The translations under genes were made by a program, and so were the position numbers. A stretch of DNA of 64,000 bases. Source: Podarcis erhardii. Its lineage: Eukaryota. A model generated the notes under the pieces. That model had not been told where the DNA came from and ran no database searches. It saw nothing but the letters and a program-made list of their open reading frames with translations. Numbering within the stretch: the first letter of the stretch is position 1; every line of letters begins with the position of its first letter. The DNA is taken from NCBI GenBank assembly GCA_964252035.1, contig OZ176207.1; one strand, written 5' to 3'. This document shows positions 50,041 to 60,546 of this stretch, piece after piece.

Positions 50041-51689
50041 CGAGGCCCTGGGGGGTGACTGGGGAGCCCCCTTCCACCACCCACCGCACCCCAGGGCCGC
50101 CAGGCCTGGCGGGGGAAGGGAAGGGCCGCGCGTGGCGTTGCCTCCCCCCCCGCGGCCCACACGCCCCCGCAGGCACGGGGGGCAGCTAGAGGGGCCCCCG
50201 TGCCACCACCCAACACCCCGGGGCATCAGGGCCCGCCTAGGGAAAAGGATCCCCTTTTGAAAGGGTATCCTGAAGTCCATTACCCCCCCCCCCGCTATCC
50301 CTTGGGATCCCTGTAGGGGGGGGGCAAAGGCCCCAGGCTTACCTTTAGGAGCGAGGAAGTCCAGCGACGTCCTTCCTGGAGAATCTCTGGAGCCAAGTGA
50401 GGATTACCAATTAAGATTCACCCTCTATTGTGTGGGCAGGTAATCCCTCCCCCTACCTGGCCTGGTTTCCCTGGCAACACTTCCCCCAGGTGGGATTGGA
50501 CAACTCACTGGGGTAGGCGGGGACCTCCAGGTATCCCACCTGAGGGAAGGCAAAGCCTATGCTGATGGGGCCACTCCAGATCCAGGGCTGCGCGCGTCCA
50601 CGCAAAGGGCGCCCCCCCGTTTTAAGTGGGGAGCGGTCATTTCCTAACAGGAAATTTACACTTTACTTTCTGGTACTTGGGTATCTAGCCTTGGCTGCTG
50701 CCAACATATCAAGAGCATATTTAGTTCCCCACCTATAGTATCAAAAGATCCAAGTGGTTTACATAAAAACAATAAAAGGACAACAATGATATTCAATAGA
50801 ATTCCCTAAAAACTGGATAAAAACAGAATAAAGCTATATGTAGTGGAACTGTCTTTTAGTAGAAATTTGGCATTTACTTTCTGGCAGCTCTTGAAGCCTT
50901 TTTTTTTTTAAATGCCTACAGGCCTACGCAGTCATTTAAAATGTCCCTTGAGCCATTTTCACAATTGCTTCGCGTTCCTTTAAACGTTCCTGTGCTGTTG
51001 TACCCCCACCCTCATGTTTGGGGAGAGGGCAGTTTCTAAACACTTTGATAAATAAATAATAGATCAAATAAAACTGAACCGTGTACAAATCAGGGAACTG
51101 CAAACAGGGTCTCTTGGGAAGATTTTAAAGATCATCATGGTCTGTACTCCAGGGAAGTGGTTTACTATGCGATACCGGCTGCAAGCGGTTTAGGTTGACC
51201 TGAATCAATTTGTAGCAATTCATGTTGATCTGGGGTGCAAAACAATATCTAAAAAAGACAAAAGAGTTTCCACATTGTTGTGGTTATTAATAACACTACA
51301 GAAGGATAACACACAGATGGGAAGAGGGAGAGGCAGAGAGCTGGACTTCGCTTATTGAAAGCTCTAGCTTCAAATCCAGGGCAAGACTAGCCACTAAGCC
51401 TGCTCTGGGTGGGCGGCAGTTGCAGCACTTTGTGGTCTGCCTTCCATTCCAGGGAAACAAGGAGTTTCATCTTTGAGGCTTGCCTTGTAATTCCCTGGCC
51501 AGCTGCCTCACGGCCAGATTAGCCTGCCAATAAACTAAATTTGAATGGCTGGTAGAGGGTGGAGCTTGGCCAGTAGACCTGAGAGAGGATGTTCTCATTC
51601 TGGTCAGCCAGGCAAGTTACAGCCGGGCACCTAACACCCAGCACCCTCCAACCACAGGGCTTTATGGGAGAGATAGAAAGCTTTGTTCT

Positions 51690-52008
51690 TGTTATGTGCA
51701 AAGCTTGGATCCTAGAATGATAGGCAAGTAGGTTCCCAGAATGCAACAACTGATTGGCTTGCAGGAAAAGACCAATCAGGCTCCAGGAGGAAGTTAATCA
51801 GCCTGTTAGGCTGGTAGGATCGTAGAATGCAACAACTGATTGGCCTGCAGGAAAAGACCAATCAGGCTCCAGAAGGGAAGCAGAATCAGCCAATCAGACG
51901 GGACTCATTGTGTAAATAAAAGCCTGAGGTTTGGGGGGCAATTCGATCACTGTTTTACAAGCTGCAATAAAGAGCATGAAATCACTACAGGACTCTGAGT
52001 ATATTTCC
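51690..52008 (+). mobile_element. Solo LTR with an 86-bp-period internal duplication
   Basis: Starts TGTTA and ends ...atatttcc; TSD gttct at 51685-51689 and 52009-52013. Several CCAAT/ATTGG boxes, TATA-like gtaaataaaa at ~51913 and AATAAA at 51966-51971. Confidence 0.8.
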
Positions 52009-54179
52009 GTTCTGCTTTCTGTATTTGTCTTCATTACTCTTTGTCTTTTGTGTGCGTCAGTAAGTCTTGGGGGAAGAAAACTCCAGGGAGTCGCTCAGCC
52101 CCACCACTTCACAGAAACCAGTTCTAGATAGGCAGGCAGGCAGGCAGTGACAAAGGAAGCAGACACTGAAGGGGGGAACAGCCCCTTGCCAGGTTGGCAA
52201 CTACAGACTCCACATAACAGTGTTGAAGCAGAAGGAGACTGAATAGCACCAGAACACAAAGACCATGAGAACTGGCAAGACTGAGCACTCAAATGGCAGT
52301 ACAGTCTTAGAAACAAACAAACAAACAAACTTTAAATGTGTCTGCCACAAAACTCTTGGAGCTACCTATCTGCAGTTTGACAGGGTTCACCCCCTCTTTG
52401 AATGGCTATCATGTCTCTAAATTTCATGCACTTATGTGTGAGTGGGGCAGTTATAACTATTTGGTTTCCTAATGTGAGTGAATGGGAGTAGTGAAGAATT
52501 GGATTTTCAGATCCAGATCAGGTCAGAATGCATCAGGTTGAGATCAACTTTTTCTGAATTGAGACCAGATTCAGATTGCTGAATCAGACCCGGACCTGGA
52601 TTGGGAAGCATAGCCCTAGTGTTTATATATCCAAGTAACTAGTGCATGGCAGATTTCTCCTGATAAAGGCAATACTGATACATGTTGGGTACTCAACTAT
52701 CCTTTCATACTCAACAGTATTAGCAACAGTTTTAAACAGATTGCAAATCTGTCTGCTATACTTTATTTGTTCAGTTTCTCCATATTGGGTGTGGACCTCT
52801 TGTCCCCCCACCTACAGAAGTCACTGAATTCAGTGAGACTTTCTTCTAGATAAATATGCATAGATGTTTGCAGCCCAGATCTATCTGTCTAGACAGTTCC
52901 TTCTTAACTCCACTCACTTCACATTCTTTTTTGATATTACCTGCTCAAGAGTTAGTTTTCAGTGGTTGTTGGATTGCTCTTCCTTCTAAATTACGTGTTC
53001 ATTCTTTGATATCCCTCTTTGTATTCGAGAGTTATCTCTGAGTACTCAACTCTTCCCAAATCTCCACCCATCTGTTTCTTGTTGAAGACCTGCAGCTTAA
53101 CATCCCCAGTCTTTGTTTCTGCCACAACTTCATCTAAGGCTTAACATTCTTTTTTTGCCTATTGAAGTTGTCACTGGGCCAAGAATTTTCTGTTCTTCTG
53201 GTTTCCTTTTCAATACCATCTTGCTATCATGAATATTTCTGAAGCTACAGTAGAATCTTAGGTCTGTCATATCTTATATAACATTTTAACCATGGATCTC
53301 ACCTGGTGAGTGAAATCTATGGTAAGTTGCATTAAGAATTTGTGCTATGTGTGACATTCACTCACTCACTCACCCCCACATATATGAATCAGCTTTGTGT
53401 CTTTTGCATTTCTCTTCATACGCTCATATGCATTGTGCCGCCTCATTGTAATTATCATCTGACAAAGCGCAGGAAACAATATTTATAGGATCAGAGGATT
53501 TTCAGCTAAGGAAGCAATGCTTTTCCTAACTAATACAATATTATAATGATAGGATGTGCCTGTGTGTCAGTGAATACCATTCATTTTCTATAAGTTTCTC
53601 ATTGCAAGAGATTTAGTGGGTATCTCACATGACCATACAATCCTTTCCCCCTATCAGTCAAGGAATAATTTATCGACTCAAATTCCCTCCCTGGTTGCTT
53701 CATGTTACGGATAATTTGAAGGCATCCATCAGCAGGACCAATGTTCATTGTGACTCATGATGTCTTTCAAGCATGTGTGATTTTAAAACTAATGATGTTT
53801 TGCGGTATCTATTTGTTATATGAAAATTTAGGTTTGGCTTTTGCAGCCCAACACCCAAGGGACTCCATGATCAGTCATAGAAGACTGAGTGAAGACAGGA
53901 AGCTGTAGAAGAAAAGCAAGGAAGATTTTAATTTTTCTGTTGCAACAGAATTCTCATCCTGCCCCGAAAGGTGAGGTCCCAGAATAAAAGTGTGTAGCAA
54001 TTTAAAAAGACTCCAGAAATTGCCAAACTGCTTGGCCAAGACCAATCTAAAACATTATACATGCATCACAGAAACAGGCAACTGACAACAGAAATTTGAG
54101 GGTGTGGCTTGTCTGCTGTTTGTCCAGATACTCAATAATGCCTGCTGATTGGATTATCCTGGCCAGTCTGGATAGTACC

Positions 54180-54588
54180 TGTCAGGGAACTGCCATCAGG
54201 GCCGGAGGGAGAGAGCGTCCCGGGATGGGGAGAGGCAACCCATCTTCTGGGGAAGAGAATCAGCGTAGCACCAGTGGAGAAGGGGGGCAGATGGGGGAAT
54301 CGGCGAGGCGGTCCCATGACTCCTTGCCAGGGACCAGCGGGGAGAGTAAGGGTCCTCCGCTGCCTACACCCTCCTTGCGCAGAAGGCTTCCGCGCAGGGA
54401 GAGTAGGAGGAGACTAGGCGTCAAAGAGCTTCTTTGCTGGAAGAAGTTCAAGAAATGCCCACTGACGGATTCTGCCAGCGATTGAGACAGCCACGGGTGA
54501 GTGGTTGTCCAGACAGAAAAGGTTCACTCAGGCAACCCAGCCAGGTGTTGCACTGGTTTACGCACGAGCAACCCCTAGAACCACTACA
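54180..54588. mobile_element. Solo LTR (409 bp)
   Basis: TGT...ACA ends; perfect 5-bp TSD gtacc (54175-54179, 54589-54593); homologous to 56111-56522. Confidence 0.88.
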
Positions 54589-56110
54589 GTACCCTAATGA
54601 AACCATTGTCCTGTCATCCCCTATTATACACAAAAATACGATCTTTTGACAGGATCTTTTGACAAGTGAAAGGAACTATTGGGAAAGGTTTTTCTGAGAC
54701 ACTTCCTTCTGCAGAGAAATATTTAGGGTCATTAAGTAAGGCAAGTTGACTTCAGGTTTCTGCTATGTACTAAAATAAAGTTTCCTAATTTTGAAGGGTG
54801 AAATATTGCTTTTCTGTGGAGTGTGGTCTGCTATGTGTATGCACTTTAAAACAGCTGGAGGGCTGAATTTGGGGATGCTTGGATTAAAGCCTCCACAAAG
54901 CCTCATGTATCTCCGTTAGTTGATTGTTTCTACACTTGAATGTATATTATAGCTCTATATTTCCCATATTGTTATGTTTCTCTAGATCCGTGTGCTTTGC
55001 AAGAAGTGAGGTTGTCCAAAATGTTGCTTGTGGCACACTGAAGAGCTCTGAGTTGTTATAGTTAAAGAACAGCAGCATAGAACTTTTTTGTTCACTTTTA
55101 ACAAAAAACTTAGAGCTCTTTGCAACTCCAAGGCAACATTTTGGATAGCTTCATGTTGTATGGCCACTTGTGGGCGTGTAGGGTTTGTCAGGAGACAGAA
55201 AATAGCCACCAGAAAGAGAGAGCAGTGTGAAGCTGCTAAGTTTTAGGAATGTGCAATCAAGAACACATACCACTTGGGTTACCTCTTAATTATTTTCAGG
55301 TGAGAAAGAGAAAGAGACAACCTTATTTATCCCACCACATAAGAGATAATGGAGGAAAGTGAATCACTTTTCCCACAAAATGTTTCTTAATCTATTTGTC
55401 CGTAATTGGGGGTAGGATGTTGAAAAAAAAGGTCTGCTGGGGAAAAAAGGGTCAGTAGTTCATTGTTCTTTAAGTTACGGCTGTGAGAGCAGTGTGGTGG
55501 CTGCTTTCTTTCCCAATTGTACTTTTTCCTAGCAAACAAACAATATCTCCCATCTCTTTCTTTATGGAAGGTTTTTACAGGAATGGGGAGGGCAGTGATA
55601 ATCTCTCCTCAGTTTTTTTTTTTAAACCAAGCTGATATTACCCCAAGGCACAATAGTCTCTGGAACCATTTCCCTGAACTATGGCAGGATTCTTTCCCAG
55701 GGGCACCTCCTTCAGATCCCCATTTTTCAAACTGTTTGCTCCCTAAAAACTAGGTGAGGGCATGGGATTTCTATTTTTTTCACCCCAAAAGGGCTTTTAA
55801 TACTGTTTATGAGCTCCAAAACCTTTTATTTAACAAGATACCATGAATCATTCACTAAACTGCACACCTAAAGTTTGGAGATGTACAAATGGTGGAACCA
55901 GGTGCAAAAATAATGTATTATGTGCCTTTGATCACGTCCTTGCCCTCTGATCAATAATATATATTCCTTGGAGTTTAGTCCAGCATGCCAAATTCATGTT
56001 CAGCTTCTAAAGTTCACTTTTTTTCTTTGAAACCAATGATAAACACATTTTCCCAAATATATATAAATAAGAATTTAAACAACCATGAAGGGGAAATTGT
56101 TGTCCTACCT

Positions 56111-56522
56111 TGTCAGGGAACTGACATCAGAAGGAGAGGTGGAGGCAAGGCTCCACAGCGATGCAGGAGAGGGGACCAGCAGGGGGGAAGGTATTCAGCG
56201 TAACACCGGTAGGGAAGGGAGGGAAATGGAGGATTCGGAGAGAGGTCTCCAAGACCCTTCACCCGAGACTAGTGGGGAGAGCGCGGACACGCCTTTGCCT
56301 TCCCCTTACTTGCGCAGACGAGTTCCACGCAGGGAGAGTAGGAGGAGACTTGGCGTCAAACAGCTCTTATGCTGGAAGAGGTTCAAGAAACGCCCACTGA
56401 CGGATTCTGCAAGTGACTGACCGGCCACGGAGTGTGAGCTGTCAGCCAAAGCATGGTTGGCCAGGCAATCTAACCAAAACGGAAGGCAACTTACGCACAA
56501 GTAACCCCTTACAACCATTACA
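56111..56522. mobile_element. Solo LTR (412 bp), same family as 54180-54588
   Basis: TGT...ACA ends; perfect 5-bp TSD tacct (56106-56110, 56523-56527). Confidence 0.88.
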
Positions 56523-57594
56523 TACCTATATCCTAAAAACTCAAAACAAATGAACAAAAAACCATTATGCAGAGAATACACACACACACACACACACACA
56601 CATGGATGTGGTGTGAGGTACTTTCCCTGGCTTCCCACACCAGCCACAATTTCTGGTGACACACAGCAAGGTAAGCGGTGACCCCTTCTCCAAATTTCTG
56701 CTGCCTCAGAAAGCAGCAATTATTTATCCCCATTTTTACAGGGGGAGATTTTTTTTTTTTTTTTAAGAAATCTGAACTGGGGAGCGGAGACCAGCCTTAC
56801 TATGTTGGGACTTTTGACAGACTCATTCTTGCAAAATCATTTTGCAACACAAATTGTCATAGATGATTGATTGTTTTCAGAGTGATCCATTGCATTCCAA
56901 TTCACGTTCTACCCTATAGACCCAGAAGAAAACAATTGGATGGTTTTGAGCATACACATTACACATATCACCTCTGAAGCGATGGATTTTGGTGTAAACC
57001 ATTCCAAGCATCACACATACAAGCTAATGTCTGAAATATAATGCTCATCAATATGCCAGAAGATAATACACTATTGAAAGTGATGTATTACCTTTTGGCG
57101 TGTTGCCAGAAACTGTTGTTTGGGTATATATTTTTCCCTCTTTGTATGCTTGGTGTTCAACACTGCAGAACCCTCACCCCTCAGCTTTAGAAGAGTTTAA
57201 CACATTCCAAAGTTGTACAAGGAAATAATCTGAAGGACTATTTGACATTAAAATGGAGTCTGATAAGTGTCATGAATTTATTGAACATGAATTTCTTAAA
57301 AAGTGTAACTGAGATTGCATACACTATTCCTTGACCCTCCCTAAAAGAATCCTGGGAACTATAATTTGTTAAGCATGTTGGGAATTGTAGCCCTGAAAGG
57401 GGTAAGCTAAAGTTCTCAGGGTTCTTTTGGACAGAAAATGTGCTTTAAATGCATGGTGCACATATCTATTATCTTCAAATCTAATACCTCAATGAAACTG
57501 ACATCAGCAAAGGGAAAAGTTAATGACTATGCAGATGAGGTTTTCCTCAATTGTTTCTCTTTATTTAAATTAAACATAATTTAATTTTTCATTG

Positions 57595-57728
57595 CAGGGA
57601 TGGGGAACCTGTGACCCTCTAGAGGTTCCCATTATCGCTGACCACTGGCTATGCTGGTTGGGGCTGATGGCAGCTGTAGCCTTTTGTAGCCTGATAATAT
57701 CTGGAGAACCACTGGGCCCCACCTCTGG
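57595..57728. mobile_element. hAT MITE, degraded (family of 39420-39549)
   Basis: cagggatggggaacctgtgaccctctaga...ggctgatggcagctgtag...atctggag...ccccacctctg. Confidence 0.5.
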
Positions 57729-58315
57729 GTTTATTGTGACAATGAAACTGCATTTTAAAGGTTAATATTGAAATAGCCAGAAATTGATGCTCCTGTTTGC
57801 AGCCTGAATACCTTCTCCCCCTCCCCGTTTTCTGTTAAGGTATTTCTTGCTTGGAAAATGTGGTCATTTCACCTATTTGAGCATTTCAAGTTTGTATTGA
57901 ACCCTTCACTTTCTTTTTTTTTGCTTTTGAAGCATCTGATAGGATCTCTTGAAAAGCTTGATCATTTTTTTTGGGAGAGTGTGTGCGAGAGAGAGCCATG
58001 GAAAACTCCAAATCATTAATGAGTTCACTTAACTAGACACTTTGGCGGTAATGGGTAACAGCATGACACCTCCAATGTGGGTACATAGAATTCACTCCTA
58101 TGCAGATAGCAGTGGTAGCTGTTGCCTAGCATAGGATGTAGCATTTGCTGTAGCAGCGAATTTGTGCCATGGCATCTAAAGCAGCGTAGGAGAACAAGGT
58201 TGCCTGACTAGTTGTCCCTTGGCTTCCTTTCAAGTTCTAGAGTTCTTGGGCTTCCAGCAGGAATCGGAGAGGGATTTCAGAAAACTAAAAAGGACAGCAT
58301 TTTCATTTAGGTGGC

Positions 58316-58363
<48 letters not shown>

Positions 58364-58408
58364 GGTTTTGGTGTCCTCGGGTGTCTTCCCGTGTAAAAGT
58401 TGGGGTGT

Positions 58409-58454
58409 CTAGGCGACGTTTCGACGAGGTCTCACTCGTCATCTTCAGGCTGGT
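58409..58454 (-). ncRNA. Second copy of the hammerhead motif (left PLE arm)
   Basis: Exact reverse complement of 61525-61570 (core at 58415-58448). Confidence 0.7.
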
Positions 58455-60546
58455 GCTTTCGGCTTCTTGTTACTGGAACAGAGCAGGATCTCAGTGTTTG
58501 AGTTCCTATAAATACTGTAGAGGGGGTGTGGTGTATAGCCTCCAATGTTCTGGGCAGAGAGGAAGTTCCCAGGCTAGTGTGCCTTTTCTTCTTTTGTTCC
58601 TTAATTACTTGAGAGATATCTTGAGTGATTTCTTGAGTGATATCCTGAGTACCACTTAGGTGGGTCATTAGGTGTGGATTAGTTGCTAAAGTCTTTGTGT
58701 CTTGACCTCTTGAACTTTGTGAAGAGTTTTCCTGAGAAGATGGCTGTACTGTACTTAGTTGTGCTCTGGCTTGGCTTCGTGTATAGGGGCGAGCTGTGGT
58801 TTTGTGGCTTGTGTCAGCCAGATCTGTGTAGGGATTGCAGGGGGGTGCAGCATCCGGAGGTGCTACCATGGATTGGCTACTGGATGGTGTCTGTAATTCA
58901 TCTGTGGAGAGGGTCTGGGTTTGGGTCTGGTGTGGTTGATTGGTGTTGGCGTTCTGTGTGCCTCTGGATCTGGTGTCAGTTTTTGTGGGGAGGGCTAATT
59001 TCCAGATGTCTGGCAAGCGGGATGTGTCGTCACGCTTGTTCATGTTGTGAGGGTGTTTCTCTATCTCGATGGCTTCCATGATTATTCTCTTGTGGTGATG
59101 TTCCGTGTTAAAGAGCAATTTGGAATCTGCAAAATTAATTTCGTGTCCTGTTTCTTTCATGTGTTGGAAAAGAGAGGAAGTTTTTTCTTCTTTTTTGACG
59201 GCATTCTTGTGTTCTGCGATACGTGCATTTATTCGTCTGTTTGTTTGTCCAATGTACGTGGCTGGGCAGACTTTGCAGGGTATTTCATAGATCCCTTGGT
59301 TTTCCAACTGGATTTTATCCTTGGGGTTTCTGAGGATATTGGCTATTTTTTGGTTGGTGCAAAAGGCTGTTTTGATATTGTGTTTATGGAGGATTTTGCT
59401 AATTTTATCTGTAGTGCCCTTGATATAAGGAAGGAGGGCCATGCCATTGTTTTCTTCTGTGTCTTGGTTTTTGGGGGGTGTTTCCTTTTGGATTAGCTTC
59501 GTAATCCTGTTTTGCTGGTATCCATTGGCAATTAACACGTTTGAGAGATTCTGTAACTCAGTTGTCAAGTGGTCTTTGTCAGCCAGGCGTTTGGTTCTGG
59601 AGATGAGAGTCTTGGCTACGGAGTTTATTTGTGCAGGGTGGTGGTGTGATTGTGCATGTAAGTAGCGGTTGGTGTGTGTTTTTTTCCGGTAGATAGTGTG
59701 TCCTAGGGAGCCATCAGGTTTTTTGTAGATTAGGACGTCAAGGAAGGGAAGTTGGTTGTTGGCTTCTATTTCCATAGTGAATTGTATTTTGGGGTGTAAG
59801 TTGTTGAGATGTGTGAGGAAGCTATCCAGTTTTTCCTTCCCGTGTGGCCAAATTACAAAGGTGTCGTCAACATATCTGAGCCAAAGTTTGGGTTTGTGTT
59901 CTGACTTGTCTAAAGCATTGGTTTCAAAGTGTTCCATGTACAGGTTTGCGATGACCGGTGAGAGGGGTGATCCCATAGGTGCTCCTTCTATCTGTTTGTA
60001 TCTTTGTCCATTGTGGATGAAGTACGTGTTGGTTAGGCAGTGGTTGGTCAGGTCCAAGATGTATTCGGGGGGATTGTATTTGTTTTGAATAGCTGTCAAG
60101 GCTTCATTAATGGGCACTTGTGTGAAGAGAGATACAACATCGAAGCTCACAAGTAGGTCATTAGGATGTAGGTTTTGCTTCTTTATTGTTTCTATGAACT
60201 GGAAGGAGTTTGGTACGTGTGAAGAGATGGATTCTGCATAGGGCTGAAGTTGCTTGGCGAGAAATTTAGCGAGATTTTGTAGAGGTGAGCCTATGGAGCT
60301 GACTATTGGTCTGAGTGGTGTTCCTTCTTTGTGTATCTTGGGGAGGCCGTAGAGTTTGGGGCATCTGGATGATTTTTCTCTGGGGATGATTCTTAGCTGG
60401 ATTTCTTCACTGATAGGAGAGGCTTTTATTTTGGATTTGGTGGTTTTTTCCAGGTAGGTGGTGGGATCTGTTTTTATAGGTTTGTAGGCAGGATCTTGGA
60501 GTAGATTTGATAGTTTTGCTTGGTAGTCCGATGTGTTCATCACCAC
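58432..60546 (-). CDS. PLE reverse transcriptase - GIY-YIG endonuclease (704 aa open, N-terminally truncated)
   Basis: PKLYGLPKIHK, FDVVSLFT, GAPMGSPLSPVIANLYME, RYVDDTF, GIYEIPCKVCPATYIGQT. No internal stops. It begins at VVMN, inside the usual N-terminal region. Confidence 0.93.
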   Translation of the reverse strand: MVMNTSDYQAKLSNLLQDPAYKPIKTDPTTYLEKTTKSKIKASPISEEIQLRIIPREKSSRCPKLYGLPKIHKEGTPLRPIVSSIGSPLQNLAKFLAKQLQPYAESISSHVPNSFQFIETIKKQNLHPNDLLVSFDVVSLFTQVPINEALTAIQNKYNPPEYILDLTNHCLTNTYFIHNGQRYKQIEGAPMGSPLSPVIANLYMEHFETNALDKSEHKPKLWLRYVDDTFVIWPHGKEKLDSFLTHLNNLHPKIQFTMEIEANNQLPFLDVLIYKKPDGSLGHTIYRKKTHTNRYLHAQSHHHPAQINSVAKTLISRTKRLADKDHLTTELQNLSNVLIANGYQQNRITKLIQKETPPKNQDTEENNGMALLPYIKGTTDKISKILHKHNIKTAFCTNQKIANILRNPKDKIQLENQGIYEIPCKVCPATYIGQTNRRINARIAEHKNAVKKEEKTSSLFQHMKETGHEINFADSKLLFNTEHHHKRIIMEAIEIEKHPHNMNKRDDTSRLPDIWKLALPTKTDTRSRGTQNANTNQPHQTQTQTLSTDELQTPSSSQSMVAPPDAAPPCNPYTDLADTSHKTTARPYTRSQARAQLSTVQPSSQENSSQSSRGQDTKTLATNPHLMTHLSGTQDITQEITQDISQVIKEQKKKRHTSLGTSSLPRTLEAIHHTPSTVFIGTQTLRSCSVPVTRSRKHQPEDDE

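Larger units (their letters stand above)
44001..50650 (-). mobile_element. Ngaro-type tyrosine-recombinase retrotransposon (DIRS order): gag - RT/RH - YR - SGNH hydrolase; inactivated copy
   Basis: Domain order and motifs are given in the sub-features. The RT motif FRLIHNLSYPKGGSVND, a Cys/His Gag finger, no visible methyltransferase and a downstream hydrolase ORF fit Ngaro rather than DIRS1. No TSD. The right boundary is approximate. Confidence 0.9.

Noticed and set aside
48993-50216. 407-aa (minus) and 272-aa (plus) ORFs
   Set aside because: They arise from a GC-rich tandem array that is poor in stop codons; Pro/Gly/Ala/Arg-rich with no domain.
44001-50650. DIRS1-type (ITR/ICR, methyltransferase) or ERV classification
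   Set aside because: No methyltransferase, integrase or env seen; the RT, Gag finger and hydrolase fit Ngaro; no TSD.
54180-56522. A single LTR retrotransposon bounded by the two similar LTRs
   Set aside because: Each LTR has its own distinct perfect TSD, they are substantially diverged, and the spacer has no PBS, PPT or gag/pol remnants.
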